Counted from the first letter of the stretch, positions 38,707 through 48,936 are shown. The stretch: DNA of 64,000 bases from an uncultured Solirubrobacterales bacterium (GCA_963813805.1 CAWEZZ010000002.1:176558-240557); one strand, 5' to 3'. Program-made: numbers and translations. The notes: generated by a model not told the origin, from the letters alone.

Positions 38707-40902
38707 ATGTCTCGACAAGCACGACAGCGCCGGCGCCGGCGCAACCGCGCCGGACCCACTCGAGTTCTACTCGTCGGCGGCGGCGTGCTTGCCGCCGCGC
38801 TCATCGTGGGCACAATCGCGGCGGTCGCCTACGTCTTGAACGTCGCGAGCTCGGCGCCCGCGATCGACAAACTTCACCCCGTCCTGGGCGGGGGTTCCTC
38901 GCAGGTGTTCGCTGCCGACGGGACACGCTTGGGCTTCATACAGTCCGATGAGCTGCGCAGTCCTGTGTCCTTTAGCGAGATCCCCGCCGACCTTAGAAAC
39001 GCCACCGTGGCGATCGAGGACCAGCGCTTCTACAAGCACAACGGCGTCGACTTGACGGGCATCTTCCGCTCGGCCATCAAGGACATCACCCACGGAGCCA
39101 CCCTGCAGGGTGGCTCGACGATCACCATGCAGCTCGTACGCAACCTCTACCTTGGCAACAACCTACACACGTTCAGGCAGAAGATCATCGAGGCCAAGCT
39201 GGCGATCGAGTATGAGAAGCACCACAGCAAGCGCTCGATCCTCACCAGCTACCTCAACAGCGTTCCCTACGGCACCGTCGGCGGACAGACGGCCATCGGC
39301 GTGCAGGCGGCCGCGCGCATCTTCTTCGACAAACCCGCCTCCCAGCTGGACCTCCAGCAGTCCGCGCTGCTCGCCGGCCTGCCACAGGCGCCCTCACAGT
39401 ACAACCCCTTCCGCGACGCCTCCGCCGCCCGGCAGAGACGCAGCGAGGTGCTCGCGAAGATGGCCGAACTGCACTACATCACCTCGGCTCAGGCGTCCGC
39501 TGCGGAGCAGGCGCCGCTCGAGCTCAAACCAGGCAACTTCTACTCTGAACGACGCGAGGACTTCTTCTTCGAATACGTCAGGCAGAAGCTCATCGACCGC
39601 TACGGCGCCCGCACCGTCGCGCTGGGTGGACTGAAGGTCTATACGACGATCAACCTGCGCCTGCAGGGCCTGGCGCGCAAGGCGATCGCGGAAGTGCTGA
39701 ACCAGCCCGAAGACCCCGCCTCGGCGATCGTCACGTTGAATCCCGCCAACGGCGCCATCGAGGCGATGGCCGAGTCCGAGAGCTATGGGCAGTCGCAGTA
39801 CAACCTCGCCGCCGACGGCCACCGTCAGGCAGGATCGACGTTCAAGGCGATCGACCTCGCCGACGCGCTCTCCCGCGGTATCGATCCGAACAGCACCTAC
39901 TACGTCTCGCACACGTTGGAACCAGGCTGGTTGCCCGCCTACCCGACGTACAAAGTTGAAACCTTCGAGAAAACCTCGAGCGGCAAGTCGATCAACCTCG
40001 TGCAGGCAACTCTCGCCTCTGATAACACCGTCTACGCGCAACTCGCCGCGGACCTCGGCGAGTCGACGATCACCGAAATGGCTCACAAGATGGGTGTGGT
40101 GAGCCCACTCGATAGCTACGCTTCGGAGGCACTCGGCGGATTGAAACTGGGGGTCACTCCCCTGGAGATGGCCAACGTCTACGCGACGCTCGCCGACGGC
40201 GGCTGGCGCAACACGCCGATCGCGATCACCAAGGTCGCCTTTCCAGACGGTCACACCGACTACAACTGGGGCCAACCCCACCGTGTGAAGGTGCTCAGCG
40301 AAGGCGTCACAGCCGAGGAGACCAACATCCTCCACCAGAACGTGCTCGGCGGCACGGCGGTGAGATCCGTGATCAACTGCCCTACAGCGGCCAAGACGGG
40401 TACCACCAGCGAACTGGTCGACGCCTGGCTCGACGGCTACACGCCCAACTACTCGACCGTCGTATGGATGGGCTACCCGAACAGGCGCGTGCCGATGACG
40501 AGCGTCCACGGCGAATCCCAGCAGGGCGGCGCTCTGCCAGCGGTGATCTGGAAAACCTATATGTCCGCTGTCACTGCCGGTGAGCCGTGCACCGAATTCC
40601 CTCAGCCAAAGGAAACGATCTCCTACCAGCCGTTCTTCGGCAAGTTCGCGACTACCGGACAGTCGCAGGCCGCCGGCGAAGCGGAACAGTCGAACGAACA
40701 CGCCGCGAAAAAGAAGCCCCACCACCCCAAAGGAGGTTCCACCGGCGGCTCGGAAACCGGTGGCGCCCACGACAACGGCGGGGGCAAACCGCCGGAAACC
40801 GGCACGGGCGCACCCCCTGTAAAGACGCCGCGTGGGCCCGGCACTCCCCCGGCCGGCGGCGGCCCTACGGTCAAAGGAACCGGCGGAGCGGCCGCCGGCT
40901 GA
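38707..40902 (+). CDS. Class A penicillin-binding protein (transglycosylase/transpeptidase)
   Basis: AIEDQRFYKHNG, GGSTITMQL, GSTFK, SDN, KTGT. Confidence 0.93.
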   Translation: MSRQARQRRRRRNRAGPTRVLLVGGGVLAAALIVGTIAAVAYVLNVASSAPAIDKLHPVLGGGSSQVFAADGTRLGFIQSDELRSPVSFSEIPADLRNATVAIEDQRFYKHNGVDLTGIFRSAIKDITHGATLQGGSTITMQLVRNLYLGNNLHTFRQKIIEAKLAIEYEKHHSKRSILTSYLNSVPYGTVGGQTAIGVQAAARIFFDKPASQLDLQQSALLAGLPQAPSQYNPFRDASAARQRRSEVLAKMAELHYITSAQASAAEQAPLELKPGNFYSERREDFFFEYVRQKLIDRYGARTVALGGLKVYTTINLRLQGLARKAIAEVLNQPEDPASAIVTLNPANGAIEAMAESESYGQSQYNLAADGHRQAGSTFKAIDLADALSRGIDPNSTYYVSHTLEPGWLPAYPTYKVETFEKTSSGKSINLVQATLASDNTVYAQLAADLGESTITEMAHKMGVVSPLDSYASEALGGLKLGVTPLEMANVYATLADGGWRNTPIAITKVAFPDGHTDYNWGQPHRVKVLSEGVTAEETNILHQNVLGGTAVRSVINCPTAAKTGTTSELVDAWLDGYTPNYSTVVWMGYPNRRVPMTSVHGESQQGGALPAVIWKTYMSAVTAGEPCTEFPQPKETISYQPFFGKFATTGQSQAAGEAEQSNEHAAKKKPHHPKGGSTGGSETGGAHDNGGGKPPETGTGAPPVKTPRGPGTPPAGGGPTVKGTGGAAAG

Positions 40903-40938
40903 CAGGCGACGGGCGGCGCGCGCTGGTAGGTTAGATTC

Positions 40939-41157
40939 GTGGCAAAGGAAGACAAGGTCGAATTCGAGGGCGAGGTGATCGAGGCGCTGCCGAACGCGAT
41001 GTTCCGCGTGAAGCTCGACAACGACCACGTCGTGCTCGGGCACGTGGCGGGCAAGATGCGGCGCTTTCGGATCCGCATTCTTCCCGGCGATCGCGTCCGC
41101 TGCGAGCTCTCCCCCTACGATCTGGACCGCGCGCGGATCGTTTACCGGCATCGCTGA
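40939..41157 (+). CDS. infA: Translation initiation factor IF-1
   Basis: [24 protein letters not shown]...ILPGDRV...SPYDL. Confidence 0.98.
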   Translation: MAKEDKVEFEGEVIEALPNAMFRVKLDNDHVVLGHVAGKMRRFRIRILPGDRVRCELSPYDLDRARIVYRHR

Positions 41158-42230
41158 GCGCTCAATCGACCGGCATAGCCGAACACGCCATCGCTGAGCG
41201 CTCCCTGATCGAATCCATCGCGGCCGAGCTTGCGGCGACGCCCCGCCGAGTACACGATACGCGGGATACGACCGGGGACGGCGGTGAGAACACGCCGTGC
41301 GGATCGCGGGTCCTGCGCGGAGTGGGCGACGACGCGTCCGTGGTGCGCGCGCGAGGAGTGTGCGTGACCTCGGTAGACGCGATGATCGACGGCGTCCACT
41401 TCCACCTGCGCGACGGTTGGGCGACGCCTGCAGAGGTGGGCCGCCGCGCGCTGGCGGGCGCGCTCTCAGACCTGGCTGCGATGGGTGCGGATCCGGGCGA
41501 GGCCTATCTCATGCTTGGACTGCCCGCGGGCTTTGGCGAGGAGCAGGCGCTGGAGCTGGTGCGTGGCGCCCGGGATCTCGCTATTCAGACTGAGACGACA
41601 ATCGCCGGCGGCGACGTGGTGGGCGCACCGGTACTCATCGTGTCGGTCACGGCTATCGGCTGGGCCGATAGCGAGGACGAGCTCGTCGGGCGTGACGGCG
41701 CCCTTCCCGGGGACCTCGTAGGGGTGACGGGCCGACTGGGCGGGGCAGGCGTGGGGCTAGCCGTGATGGAAGGGCGCGCCCGGCAGGGGCCCAACGCGGA
41801 GGCGGCGCTCGAGCGCGTGCGATACCCCAAGCCGCGCCTGCGCGAGGGTCGTGCCCTGGCAACAGCAGGCGCGCATGCGATGATCGACCTCTCCGACGGG
41901 CTCGCCACCGACGCCGGCCATATCGGCCGCGCAAGCGGCGTGCGCCTGCGGGTGGACCTTCAGGCGCTTCCCATCGAGGAGGGCGTGCGAGAGATCTGCG
42001 TCGAGCTGGGCATACCCCCCTGGCAGCCGGCGGCCGCTGCAGGAGAAGACTACGAGCTGTGCTTCTGCGTCTCGCCCTCCGACCGCGCGCGCGTGCAGGA
42101 AGCCATCAGCGAGGCCGGCGGCGCCGAGCTCACCTGGATCGGCCAGGTGGTCGATGGCCCGCCCGGTGTGTCGCTCCTGGACGACCGCGGAGACGACGTG
42201 GAGATGGAGGGATTCGAGCACCGCTGGTAA
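41154..42230 (+). CDS. thiL: Thiamine-monophosphate kinase (start uncertain; first canonical start is 41322)
   Basis: [39 protein letters not shown]; open frame extends upstream with an ERSLIESI N-terminal helix. Confidence 0.9.
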   Translation: MSAQSTGIAEHAIAERSLIESIAAELAATPRRVHDTRDTTGDGGENTPCGSRVLRGVGDDASVVRARGVCVTSVDAMIDGVHFHLRDGWATPAEVGRRALAGALSDLAAMGADPGEAYLMLGLPAGFGEEQALELVRGARDLAIQTETTIAGGDVVGAPVLIVSVTAIGWADSEDELVGRDGALPGDLVGVTGRLGGAGVGLAVMEGRARQGPNAEAALERVRYPKPRLREGRALATAGAHAMIDLSDGLATDAGHIGRASGVRLRVDLQALPIEEGVREICVELGIPPWQPAAAAGEDYELCFCVSPSDRARVQEAISEAGGAELTWIGQVVDGPPGVSLLDDRGDDVEMEGFEHRW

Positions 42231-42382
42231 GGGCCCGTGTCTGAATAGATGATGGTTTTGGGGTGTGGTGGGGTGTGGTGGGGCCGTGGAAAGAAGGTTG
42301 GAGGAGAGGGGCCCCGTCCCCGAACCGGGAGACCTGGAGGCGAGCAGGATGCCTGACACCGCTCACGCCTTGAACCTGGCCA

Positions 42383-44215
42383 CTATCGCCGCAGGGCCGA
42401 CTCGGTCCCGCCAAGCGATCCCGGACCTGCGTAGGACAGCGGACCGCGAATCCTGACGATCTCCTCGCGATCGTCCGCCCTCCGGTCGAGAGGCGGCGCA
42501 GGAGGTGTCAGTGCGAGCATGGCGGTGGCTGCCGTGCAGCCGAATGCGAGGCTCCACAGCATCGCCCCCAGGACTCCGATGTGCCCGCCGGCGAAGAGCA
42601 GCACTGCCGCCCACGCCACCCCACCAAGGCCAAGGCCGAGCTGATGAGCGTAGAAGGAGATGAGCAGCGCGAGCGGCGCCAGGGCGATCACCACCAGCGC
42701 CAGCGCTCCAAGCGGGCGGGGGCGCAAGCGCACCACTGTCTGCGACCGCGGGCGCGCCGATCGGTCCGGGGAGATAAGCAGCAGCCAAAGATGCAGCGCC
42801 GGCAACAGGAGCAGGGCCGTGAACGGATTGAGTACCCAGACCACGAGAGATACGGCAAGGAGCACGAGCAGCATCGCCATCCCGGCGACCTCAGAGTCCG
42901 GGCGCACCCCCAACCCAAGCTGCCGCACGAGCACAGGCCATGCCAGCCAGGCGAGCACGAGCACAAGTCCCACGGACACCACCGCCCTCACAGCCGAGCC
43001 GTCGAAGGGCAGCGCGCTCTCAAGGACAGGCGCAGAGGGCGCAACACCGAGAATGCCCGACCACCCCAGCAGACAGGCGAATAGGGCACAGGCGAAGAAC
43101 GGGAGCGCACAGGCGAGCGTCCACAGCATCCAGCGCCCGACAGGCATCCGGCGGCGGCGCAGGCGCGCGAGCCCGTCGGCGGCGACGATCAGCGGGGGGA
43201 GCAGCAACGCGGCAACGAGCAGCCGCAGCGCCCACGCGGGGATCGTCTTGCGCTGTACGAGCACGCCCGTCTGCATGGCCGAGGAGATATTGGGTGCCGC
43301 GTCGAGGGCGTCGACGGCGCTCAGCACGGCACGACCGAGGCCTTCCAGGCGTTCCTGGCTGACGACATCCCGCGGGGAGGGCCCACGTTCGCCCGAGACC
43401 TGGACGAGCACAGCGGGAAGCCCGCGGGCATCGAGCGGACCCTGCTCGCCCACCGTGAAGGGAAACGCGAGGTGAGCGATCTGGCCGATCGTGCTGGGGT
43501 CGCCGGAGTACGAGCCGGCCTCCTGGGCGATCGCGGCGATGACCGTGCGCTGCAGCTGGTCCGGGGCCGAGCCGAAGCCATCGGAGAAAGGCACGACGAA
43601 GGGCTTGCGCGCGTGGGGCCCCGCCAGGTCTCCCAGCACGATCGCGGCGTCGAGCGGTCCGTGCGCGTGAGCGGCGAAGTCCATCGCTCCGGCGGCGCCG
43701 CCACTGCCCCCACTCATCGACACCAGCACGATCGTGCGCTGCGTCTCGCGCGCCGCGAACACGCGCGCCAGCTCGATCAGCGCCGCGGTCCCAGAGAGCT
43801 CCGCCTTTGACCCGCGCCCAGCGGCGTCGCGGTGGGCGAGGATCACGATCGGCGCGGCGCTGGTCGAGCCCGGGCGCTGCGCGATCACTGTGGTGAGGGA
43901 GCGCTCGCCGTCGATCGTCTGGGCGGTAAAGCGGCGGGTGTGCACCGAGAAACCCCCACCCGCAGCGCCACCGAGCCCTTCAAACTCATGCGCGATGCGC
44001 GCCGCGAGCGCCTCGTCGCCGGTGCTACCTGGGCGGCGGTTGGGAAATCCGCCGGCCAGACTGTTCAAGTCCGCGAATGCGCGCGCGCCTTCGAACGCGT
44101 CGGGGGCCAACGTGGAGGTGAGCGGAAGCGGGCGCGCGGTCAGCGAGAACGCGGCGATCGCCAGCGCGAACAGGAACGGCACGAAAGCCGCACGGTAGAG
44201 GCGCCCGTTGAGCAT
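42383..44215 (-). CDS. Membrane protein with a degenerate M28-peptidase-like extracellular domain and multi-TM C-terminus
   Basis: N-terminal TM, RRPGSTG, VILAHRD, SGTAALIELAR, then about 7-8 TM segments. Confidence 0.7.
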   Translation of the reverse strand: MLNGRLYRAAFVPFLFALAIAAFSLTARPLPLTSTLAPDAFEGARAFADLNSLAGGFPNRRPGSTGDEALAARIAHEFEGLGGAAGGGFSVHTRRFTAQTIDGERSLTTVIAQRPGSTSAAPIVILAHRDAAGRGSKAELSGTAALIELARVFAARETQRTIVLVSMSGGSGGAAGAMDFAAHAHGPLDAAIVLGDLAGPHARKPFVVPFSDGFGSAPDQLQRTVIAAIAQEAGSYSGDPSTIGQIAHLAFPFTVGEQGPLDARGLPAVLVQVSGERGPSPRDVVSQERLEGLGRAVLSAVDALDAAPNISSAMQTGVLVQRKTIPAWALRLLVAALLLPPLIVAADGLARLRRRRMPVGRWMLWTLACALPFFACALFACLLGWSGILGVAPSAPVLESALPFDGSAVRAVVSVGLVLVLAWLAWPVLVRQLGLGVRPDSEVAGMAMLLVLLAVSLVVWVLNPFTALLLLPALHLWLLLISPDRSARPRSQTVVRLRPRPLGALALVVIALAPLALLISFYAHQLGLGLGGVAWAAVLLFAGGHIGVLGAMLWSLAFGCTAATAMLALTPPAPPLDRRADDREEIVRIRGPLSYAGPGSLGGTESALRR

Positions 44216-44351
44216 CCGCCTAGACCATAGTTCGAGAGTCGGCCTCGCGCGCGGGGTAAAAATGCGCAAGGTGCGCACACGCGATGTCGAGTTGTGCCTT
44301 CTGGCCTGCGCACGGCGGATCCATGCGCGCGGTTAGGTATCGTGCGGCCGC

Positions 44352-45587
44352 GTGCTCCAGCCCGTCGCCGTCGCAAGAAAGACGCTCGCCGACTACACGC
44401 ACATCTGTGGGCGGGAGCTGATCGACGAGATCCGCGAGCTGGCCGAGCCGTTGCAGGGCCAGCGTGTCGTGCACATCTCGGCGACCGCGTTCGGCGGGGG
44501 GGTCTCGGAGATCCTCTACACGCTGGTGCCGCTGATGCGCGACGTCGGTTTGGACTGCGAGTGGCAGGTCATCTACGGGCGCGAGGAGTTCTTCAACGCG
44601 ACCAAGCTGCTGCACAACGCACTGCAGGGAGCGCCCCAGGATCTCGACGAGGAGCAGTGGGAGACATGGCGGTGGTACAACGAGATGAACGCGCGCGAGC
44701 TCTCAGACGGGTGGGACGTGTGCCTGGTCCACGACCCGCAGCCAGCGGCGCTTTACAGGCTGGTGCCGGAGAAGGCGAAGGGCTGGCTGTGGCGCTGCCA
44801 CATCGACCTGTCGACCCCCAATCCGCAGACGATCGCCCAGCTGCTGCCGTACCTAGAAAACTACCCCGAGTCGCTGTTCCACATGCGCGACTACGTGCCC
44901 GCCGGGATCAACGGCCACGTCCACGTCGTGCCGCCCGCGATCGACCCACTGGCGCCAAAGAACATGGCGCTGTCACCCGAGGACAGCGCGTTCGTGTGCG
45001 GGCAGTTCGGGATCGACGTGGACCGGCCGTTGATGTGCCAGGTCTCGCGCTTCGATCCCTGGAAGGATCCGCTCGGGGTGATCGACGCCTATCGCCAGGT
45101 CAAGGAGTCAATGCCCGACGTGCAGCTCGCGCTGGTGGGGTCGATGGCCTCTGATGACCCGGAGGGATGGGACTTCTTCAATGCAACGATCGCACACGCC
45201 GACGGCGACGCGGACATACACATCCTCAATAACTTCAACAACGTCGGGGCGATCGAGGTCAATGCGTTCCAGTCGCACGCGGACGTGCTCGTCCAGAAGT
45301 CCACGCGTGAGGGCTTCGGGTTGACGGTCTCGGAGGCGATCTGGAAGGCGCGTCCGTTTATCGGGGGCAACGTTGGCGGGATCCCGCTGCAGATCGAGGA
45401 CGGGGTCACCGGATACCTGGTGTCAAGCGTCGAGCAGTGCGCCGAACGCACCGTGGACGTTCTGCGCGACCCGGAGCTCGGCAAGGAGCTGGGCAGGCGC
45501 GGCAAGGAGCATGTGCGCGCACACTTCCTGATGCCGCGCTACCTGCGCGACTATCTGCGGATCTTCAACGAGCTAAGAGAGTCATGA
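44352..45587 (+). CDS. treT: TreT-like glycosyltransferase (trehalose synthase, GT4)
   Basis: ATAFGGGVSEIL, TKLLHNALQG, VHDPQP, WRCHID, QVSRFDPWKD, QKSTREGFGLTVSEA. Confidence 0.85.
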   Translation: MLQPVAVARKTLADYTHICGRELIDEIRELAEPLQGQRVVHISATAFGGGVSEILYTLVPLMRDVGLDCEWQVIYGREEFFNATKLLHNALQGAPQDLDEEQWETWRWYNEMNARELSDGWDVCLVHDPQPAALYRLVPEKAKGWLWRCHIDLSTPNPQTIAQLLPYLENYPESLFHMRDYVPAGINGHVHVVPPAIDPLAPKNMALSPEDSAFVCGQFGIDVDRPLMCQVSRFDPWKDPLGVIDAYRQVKESMPDVQLALVGSMASDDPEGWDFFNATIAHADGDADIHILNNFNNVGAIEVNAFQSHADVLVQKSTREGFGLTVSEAIWKARPFIGGNVGGIPLQIEDGVTGYLVSSVEQCAERTVDVLRDPELGKELGRRGKEHVRAHFLMPRYLRDYLRIFNELRES

Positions 45588-47050
45588 GCAGCGCGCCGGC
45601 GCAGCGGATTCCGCTGGTGCTGGTGTCAAACCGTGGGCCGGTCACGTTCCACGCGGGCGGCGAGGTCCAGCGCGGATCCGGTGGGCTGGTGACGGCGCTC
45701 ACGGGGCTGGCATCGCACCGCGAAGCGATCTGGATCGCCTCAGCGATGTCAGAGCACGACACGGAGGTCTCGCGCGAGCACGGCGGGCGGGCGTTCCCCG
45801 TGCGCTCTCCCGCCGGAGGCGAGTTCCAGGTGCGGCTGGTCGTGAGCGACCCGGACGCGTACGACCGATTTTACAACGTGTTCGCCAACCCGATGCTGTG
45901 GTTCATCCAGCACTACCTGTGGGACCTGTCCAACGCGCCGGACATCCGGCGGGAGGAGATCGAGGCGTTTGAGTTCGGCTACAACGCCGTAAACGAGGAT
46001 CTCGCGCGCGCCGTGGTGGAGGAGCTCCAGGGCATGGAGGAGCCGGTCGTGATGGTCCACGACTACCACCTGTACACGCTGCCAGACCTGGTGCGCCGCG
46101 CACGGCCGGACGTGTTCCTGCACCACTTCGTCCACATCCCCTGGACGCAGTCGGACGCCTGGCGGGTGCTGCCGACGCGGATCCGCGAGGAGATCTTTAC
46201 GGGGTTGCTGGCGAACGACATCATCGGGTTTCACACCCGCTCTTACAGGCGCAACTTCCTACAGTGCTGCCGCGATCTAATGGACCTGGAGGTGGACTTC
46301 GAGCGCGGCGTGGTGCGCTTTGGAGAGCGCGAGGTATGGGTACGCGCCTACCCGTTGCCGATCGACCACAAGGCCACCCGGTTGATCGCACAGGGCGAGC
46401 GGGTGGGACGATTCGAGCAGGAGCTGCTGCGCCGGCGCAGGGACTTCCTGATCCTGCGCGTGGACCGCGCCGACCTGAGCAAGAACGTGCTGCGCGGGTT
46501 CTCGGCGTTCGATCTGTTCCTCGAGGAGCACCCCGAGTTCTCCGAGCGGGTGACGTTCATGGCCCAGATGATGCCCTCGCGGACCGACGTGCCGCAGTAC
46601 GCCGAGTACCTGGAGCGGATCGAGGCGCTGGTGGCGGTCGTCAACCATCGCCACGGCACGCCCGACTGGATGCCGATCCAGCTGAAGCTGCGCGACGATC
46701 TCGAGGAGGCGATGGCGGCATACAAGCACTACGACGTGCTGCTGGTCAACGCGATGTTCGACGGCATGAACCTCGTGGCCAAGGAGGGACCGATCGTGAA
46801 CGAGCGCGAGGGGGTGTCGATCCTCTCGGAGAACACCGGCGCACACGAGGAGCTCGGCGAGTATGCCCTGTCGGTGAACCCCTTCGACATCCAGGAGCTG
46901 GCGAACTCGATCTACGCAGCGCTCACGATGAATCCAGGTGAGCGCAGCCGCCGTGCGCAGGGGCTGGCGGAGATCGTCACCTCGCGCGATCCCGGGGACT
47001 GGATCGACGAGCAGCTGGCGGACATCCGCGCTAAGGGCCGGGCCCGCTAG
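45584..47050 (+). CDS. otsA: Trehalose-6-phosphate synthase family glycosyltransferase (GT20)
   Basis: VSNRGP, GGLVTAL, HDYHL, HIPW, VDRADLSK, DGMNLVAKE. Confidence 0.88.
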   Translation: MSSAPAQRIPLVLVSNRGPVTFHAGGEVQRGSGGLVTALTGLASHREAIWIASAMSEHDTEVSREHGGRAFPVRSPAGGEFQVRLVVSDPDAYDRFYNVFANPMLWFIQHYLWDLSNAPDIRREEIEAFEFGYNAVNEDLARAVVEELQGMEEPVVMVHDYHLYTLPDLVRRARPDVFLHHFVHIPWTQSDAWRVLPTRIREEIFTGLLANDIIGFHTRSYRRNFLQCCRDLMDLEVDFERGVVRFGEREVWVRAYPLPIDHKATRLIAQGERVGRFEQELLRRRRDFLILRVDRADLSKNVLRGFSAFDLFLEEHPEFSERVTFMAQMMPSRTDVPQYAEYLERIEALVAVVNHRHGTPDWMPIQLKLRDDLEEAMAAYKHYDVLLVNAMFDGMNLVAKEGPIVNEREGVSILSENTGAHEELGEYALSVNPFDIQELANSIYAALTMNPGERSRRAQGLAEIVTSRDPGDWIDEQLADIRAKGRAR

Positions 47051-47119
47051 CGAGGGCCGGGGCCGGTGACGAAGGGCCAGACCGCTACGGACCCGCTAGG
47101 CTTCCGGGCGGAGACTTGC

Positions 47120-47545
47120 ATGACCCTGCCCGCACCCACATACGATCTTGTGCTGCTGCTTGACCCACAGGTCGAGCAGGCGACGCGCGCGAAGATCGTC
47201 GCCGACGCGCGCTCGGCGATCGAGGCGCAGGGGGAGTTGCTGCGCCACGACGAGTGGGGTGATCGGGCGCTGGCATATCCGATCGATCGCAAGACCGACG
47301 CGGAGTATCACCTGCTGCAGTTCCACGCAGGCACGCCGGAGCTGCTCAGCGGCTTGGACCGAGCACTGCGGATCACGGATGACATCCTGCGCTTTCGGAT
47401 CGTCAAGCTGGCGCCGGGCGTTCCAGACGCGCCAGACATGAGCGCCGCGCCGGCGGCAGGACAGCACGTCGAGGCAGAGTCCGTGGCCGCGGTCGAGGTT
47501 GAGGTCGAGTCTGCGGTCGAGATCGCGATCGGCGAGCCCGCATAG
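47120..47545 (+). CDS. rpsF: 30S ribosomal protein S6
   Basis: YDLVLLLDP, WGDRALAYPI, LRITDDILRF. Confidence 0.92.
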   Translation: MTLPAPTYDLVLLLDPQVEQATRAKIVADARSAIEAQGELLRHDEWGDRALAYPIDRKTDAEYHLLQFHAGTPELLSGLDRALRITDDILRFRIVKLAPGVPDAPDMSAAPAAGQHVEAESVAAVEVEVESAVEIAIGEPA

Positions 47546-47612
47546 CCTCGTTCGGCGATTACGCGAGTCGCGGCGAGGTAATAAAATCCAACCCATGCTT
47601 TGGGCCGAGGAC

Positions 47613-48239
47613 ATGAGCGATCGTCAGTCGACGAGCAAGACCGACGTGTTGCGTGCTTCGCCGCCGATGTTCGACTCAAGGCTCTTGGACGCCCTCTCGC
47701 GCGTGCATCCGACGGTGCCGGTGGTGGTCTTCGTGCCCGTGATCGTCGTCCTGACGGCGTGGGGCCTGCAGGACGTGAGCGTGCCGGGCGTAGTGGGGCT
47801 GATGGCCGGCGGCTATGCGCTGTGGACGCTGTTCGAGTACTGGCTGCACCGGATCGTGTTCCACTTCGAACCGGCGGAGGGGATTGGCGCGCGCATGCAC
47901 TGGATCATCCACGGCGTCCACCACGACCACCCGAACGATCCTCTGCGCCTGGTCATGCCGCCGGCGGTGAGTCTGCCTCTTGGCGCAATCGTGTTCGGGG
48001 TGCTGTACGTGATCTTCGGCGCCCGCTACGCGCCCGGACTGGGAGCGGGGTTCTTCGCCGGCTATCTGGCGTACGACATGACCCACTACTACCTGCATCA
48101 CTTCCGCCCACGCGGGCGGTTGGGAAGGATGCTGCGCGAGCGGCATATGCGCCACCACTTCCAGGACGAGACGTGCGGCTTCGGGATCAGCGCGCCGTAC
48201 TGGGACGAGGTGTTCGGCACCTCTCCACGCAGGCGTTGA
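47613..48239 (+). CDS. Fatty acid hydroxylase / sterol desaturase family protein (FA2H/Scs7-like)
   Basis: EYWLHRIVFH, HGVHHDHP, RLVMPP, YDMTHYYLHH, HMRHH His boxes. Confidence 0.88.
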   Translation: MSDRQSTSKTDVLRASPPMFDSRLLDALSRVHPTVPVVVFVPVIVVLTAWGLQDVSVPGVVGLMAGGYALWTLFEYWLHRIVFHFEPAEGIGARMHWIIHGVHHDHPNDPLRLVMPPAVSLPLGAIVFGVLYVIFGARYAPGLGAGFFAGYLAYDMTHYYLHHFRPRGRLGRMLRERHMRHHFQDETCGFGISAPYWDEVFGTSPRRR

Positions 48240-48397
48240 GGGCTCGCTTATGGCTCAATCAATCCACGCAACGTGCAGGATTCTGAGCGTCCCGATCAAG
48301 AGTCACAGCCGAAGCCGGGTCTAGACTCGCGATCAGAGTCAAGAAGGCCAATCAGTGCCCCATCCCGGGCCAAGCAACAAGCCGAAAGGAAGAGGAA

Positions 48398-48880
48398 GTG
48401 GCCGCCACAAATATCAACCGAATCGTGATAACTGGAAACCTGACCGCCGATCCCGAGCTGCGCTCGCTGCCGAGCGGCTCCTCGGTGTGCAGCCTGCGCA
48501 TCGCATGCAACACGCGCCGCAAGAACGGGAGCACAGGCGAGTGGGAGGACAAGCCCAACTACTTCAACGTCACCGTGTGGGGCGCGCAGGGCGAGAACGC
48601 CGCCCGCTATCTGTCAAAGGGGCGCCCCGTGGCGATCGATGGGCGACTGGAGTGGCGCGAGTGGGAGGCACAGGACGGCACGAAACGCCAGGCAACCGAT
48701 ATAATCGCCGACTCGGTGCAGTTCCTGGGCTCGCGCGACGACGCCTCCAGCGGAGGCGGACCGATCGAAGATCGTCCAACGGGCGACGGGGCCTCCAAGG
48801 GCAGCGACGTCCCGGTCGACGAAGGTGATTTCCAGCCAGCACCTGTCGCCAGCGGAGGCGACGACGACATTCCGTTCTAG
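48398..48880 (+). CDS. ssb: Single-stranded DNA-binding protein
   Basis: [22 protein letters not shown]-terminal DDDIPF. Confidence 0.97.
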   Translation: MAATNINRIVITGNLTADPELRSLPSGSSVCSLRIACNTRRKNGSTGEWEDKPNYFNVTVWGAQGENAARYLSKGRPVAIDGRLEWREWEAQDGTKRQATDIIADSVQFLGSRDDASSGGGPIEDRPTGDGASKGSDVPVDEGDFQPAPVASGGDDDIPF

Positions 48881-48936
48881 CAATCAGCAGACAGCGAGGC
48901 ACTTGTGGACAGACGTACTCACGGCGGAGGTCATTG

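Noticed and set aside
39394-41151. 585-aa antisense ORF over the PBP and infA, and similar long shadow ORFs (e.g. 60303-61859, 22210-23592, 36486-37898)
   Set aside because: Antisense shadows of well-supported genes in high-GC DNA
42231-42382. IS-end remnant or G-quadruplex between convergent genes
   Set aside because: No matching second end found; G-runs alone are uninformative in a high-GC genome
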